From positions 32,001 to 96,000 of the forward strand of contig CAWFQB010000002.1 of the NCBI GenBank assembly GCA_963817895.1: a DNA stretch of 64,000 bases, read 5' to 3'. The notes beneath the pieces were generated by a model. That model did not search any database, was not told where the DNA came from, and saw only the letters and a program-made list of their open reading frames with translations. This DNA comes from an uncultured Chthonomonadaceae bacterium (lineage in GTDB: Bacteria; Armatimonadota; Chthonomonadetes; Chthonomonadales; Chthonomonadaceae). The position numbers were made by a program, and so were the translations under genes. Shown here piece by piece: positions 63,758 through 64,000 of the stretch; position 1 is the first letter of the stretch, and the number at the start of each line of letters is the position of its first letter.

Positions 63758-64000
63758 TACGGAGGAAACAGAAGAAGCCACTTTGATGGAGAGTATCTAC
63801 GATGAGTATGTCGTTGACGCCCATACGCTGATTTGGTACTTTGAAGATAATCCACGATTGGGAGCAAAGGCAGGCGAAATTATGGATGCTTCACATAGCA
63901 TACTGCTGCTTCCTCTGATCACCCTTGCCGAAGTCTGCTGGGCAGTAGAACGCGGCAAATGCGCTATTCCATCTGTTGCAGACCTGCTCAGAGATGTAGA
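63747..64000 (+). CDS. vapC: VapC-type PIN toxin (3'-truncated by the window)
   Basis: YVVDAHTLIWYFEDNPRLG..LPLITLAE; alternative start at 63786. Confidence 0.82.
   Translation, partial: MANDTEETEEATLMESIYDEYVVDAHTLIWYFEDNPRLGAKAGEIMDASHSILLLPLITLAEVCWAVERGKCAIPSVADLLRDV

Overview
GC-rich bacterial chromosome segment, probably Armatimonadota (inferred from a prepilin with the '[11 protein letters not shown]' leader, a PEP-CTERM protein, DUF1501 and DUF1080). Housekeeping and metabolic genes: nadB, tgt, cimA, ispG, hemW, a MraY/WecA-type transferase, a VKOR-DsbA fusion and a trans-sulfuration enzyme. There are two tRNAs (Leu-CAA, Asn-GTT), signalling genes (ECF sigma, PAS kinase, cyclase-STAND-TPR, site-2 protease) and an intact IS5-type element that splits a PhyH-family gene. 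Several families of intergenic palindromic or short-tandem repeats occur throughout. Most notable: (1) a candidate defence cassette, HicA-like x2 / REP-flanked Y1 transposase / McrB with an AT-rich XRE-HTH in place of a modified-base reader / McrC / HicA-like; (2) a TPP riboswitch controlling a DUF1559 pilin-like gene whose leader holds a perfect 7x7-nt repeat, a possible phase switch; (3) a structured RNA or 16-aa ORF with a sequestered RBS at ~23.9 kb; (4) a TA-flanked MITE carrying a GTAG-REP doublet. Many genes in the first ~33 kb are frameshifted and I saw none after ~34 kb, most likely sequencing or assembly indels. All calls come from reading motifs by eye; no database search was run.
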